A DNA stretch of 64,000 nt from Planctomycetota bacterium (lineage in GTDB: Bacteria; Planctomycetota; PLA2), in NCBI GenBank assembly GCA_036443405.1, contig JAZFYD010000249.1:1553-65552 (forward strand), written 5' to 3'. Of this stretch, positions 63,791-64,000 are shown piece after piece. Position 1 is the first letter of the stretch; each line of letters starts with the position of its first letter. Position numbers and translations under genes: made by a program. The notes beneath the pieces were generated by a model that had not been told where the DNA came from, ran no database searches, and worked only from the letters and a program-made list of their open reading frames with translations.

Positions 63791-64000
63791 CAGTTGCACC
63801 GGCTCGAGGGCTTTCATTGGGTGGCGCGCACGGGCGGCTATGCGCGGGCCGCGCGCGCGTTTCCGTATCCGATCACGCAGCCGGCGGTGCATCAGCAGAT
63901 CCGAAAGCTCGAGTCGGACCTCGGCGTCGTGCTATTCGAGCGCGTGGCGAAGGATCGCGTCATCCTGACGCCGGCGGGCCGGCGCCTCCACGAATTCATC
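63776..64000 (+). CDS. LysR-family transcriptional regulator, N-terminal HTH part (continues beyond the window end)
   Basis: Read directly from the sequence: MLIEMQLHRLEGFHWVARTGGYARAARAFPYPITQPAVHQQIRKLESDLGVVLFERVAKDRVILTPAGRRLHEFI. This is the LysR winged-HTH signature (TQPAVHQQIRKLE). An alternative ATG lies at 63788. Confidence 0.8.
   Translation, partial: MLIEMQLHRLEGFHWVARTGGYARAARAFPYPITQPAVHQQIRKLESDLGVVLFERVAKDRVILTPAGRRLHEFI

Noticed and set aside
1-64000. Searched by eye for CRISPR arrays, IS elements or terminal inverted repeats, integrases or recombinases, restriction-modification or toxin-antitoxin pairs, prophage genes and rRNA
   Set aside because: None was found. No regularly spaced direct repeats are present, and no ORF has recognisable transposase, tyrosine- or serine-recombinase, methyltransferase or phage structural motifs.

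Overview
High-GC bacterial chromosomal window (roughly two-thirds G+C, estimated by eye), densely coding on both strands. I call 48 protein-coding genes (two cut by the window edges), one tRNA-Met(CAT), one degenerate tRNA-derived fragment and one clear intrinsic terminator. I recognised no rRNA, CRISPR array, transposase or integrase. Many long ORFs in the six-frame track are antisense or alternate-frame shadows typical of high-GC DNA and were discarded. Start codons were refined where a Shine-Dalgarno motif, signal peptide or stop/start overlap was visible. Main blocks: (1) 2993-12077, a six-gene operon carrying 48 CXXCH heme-binding motifs. It encodes a periplasmic tetraheme, an 11-heme c domain fused to a b-type membrane domain, a predicted outer-membrane beta-barrel, and 15-, 8- and 10-heme lipoprotein-like cytochromes. 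This looks like a complete porin-cytochrome extracellular electron-transfer conduit. (2) Arylsulfatase plus periplasmic HAD hydrolase, two lipoproteins of unknown function, a YidE/YbjL-type transporter, and an Mla/Pqi-like lipid ABC system. (3) An 11-kb minus-strand gene string: RND efflux (MFP-RND-OMF), K+ channel, then Hpt, receiver-PP2C and hybrid histidine kinase. (4) An orphan PilZ-PilT fusion ATPase. (5) Housekeeping genes: class I FBP aldolase, thiolase, SDR epimerase, L/F-transferase. (6) Two roughly 1000-aa membrane-anchored proteins built of carboxypeptidase-regulatory-like repeats, flanking a CYTH gene. (7) A compositionally atypical 2TM (SLATT-like) gene tail-to-tail with a long LOG/SLOG-family gene. 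(8) A VIT-vWA protein with a GlyGly-CTERM signal, its rhombosortase, and a rhodanese-MBL gene. Other oddities: an in-frame TGA with a downstream hairpin in a HEAT-repeat gene; a degenerate copy of the 5-prime half of the tRNA-Met gene 31 kb away in the same orientation; and a G11 homopolymer in a long low-GC intergenic region. All family assignments come from motifs read in the translations. No database search was run.
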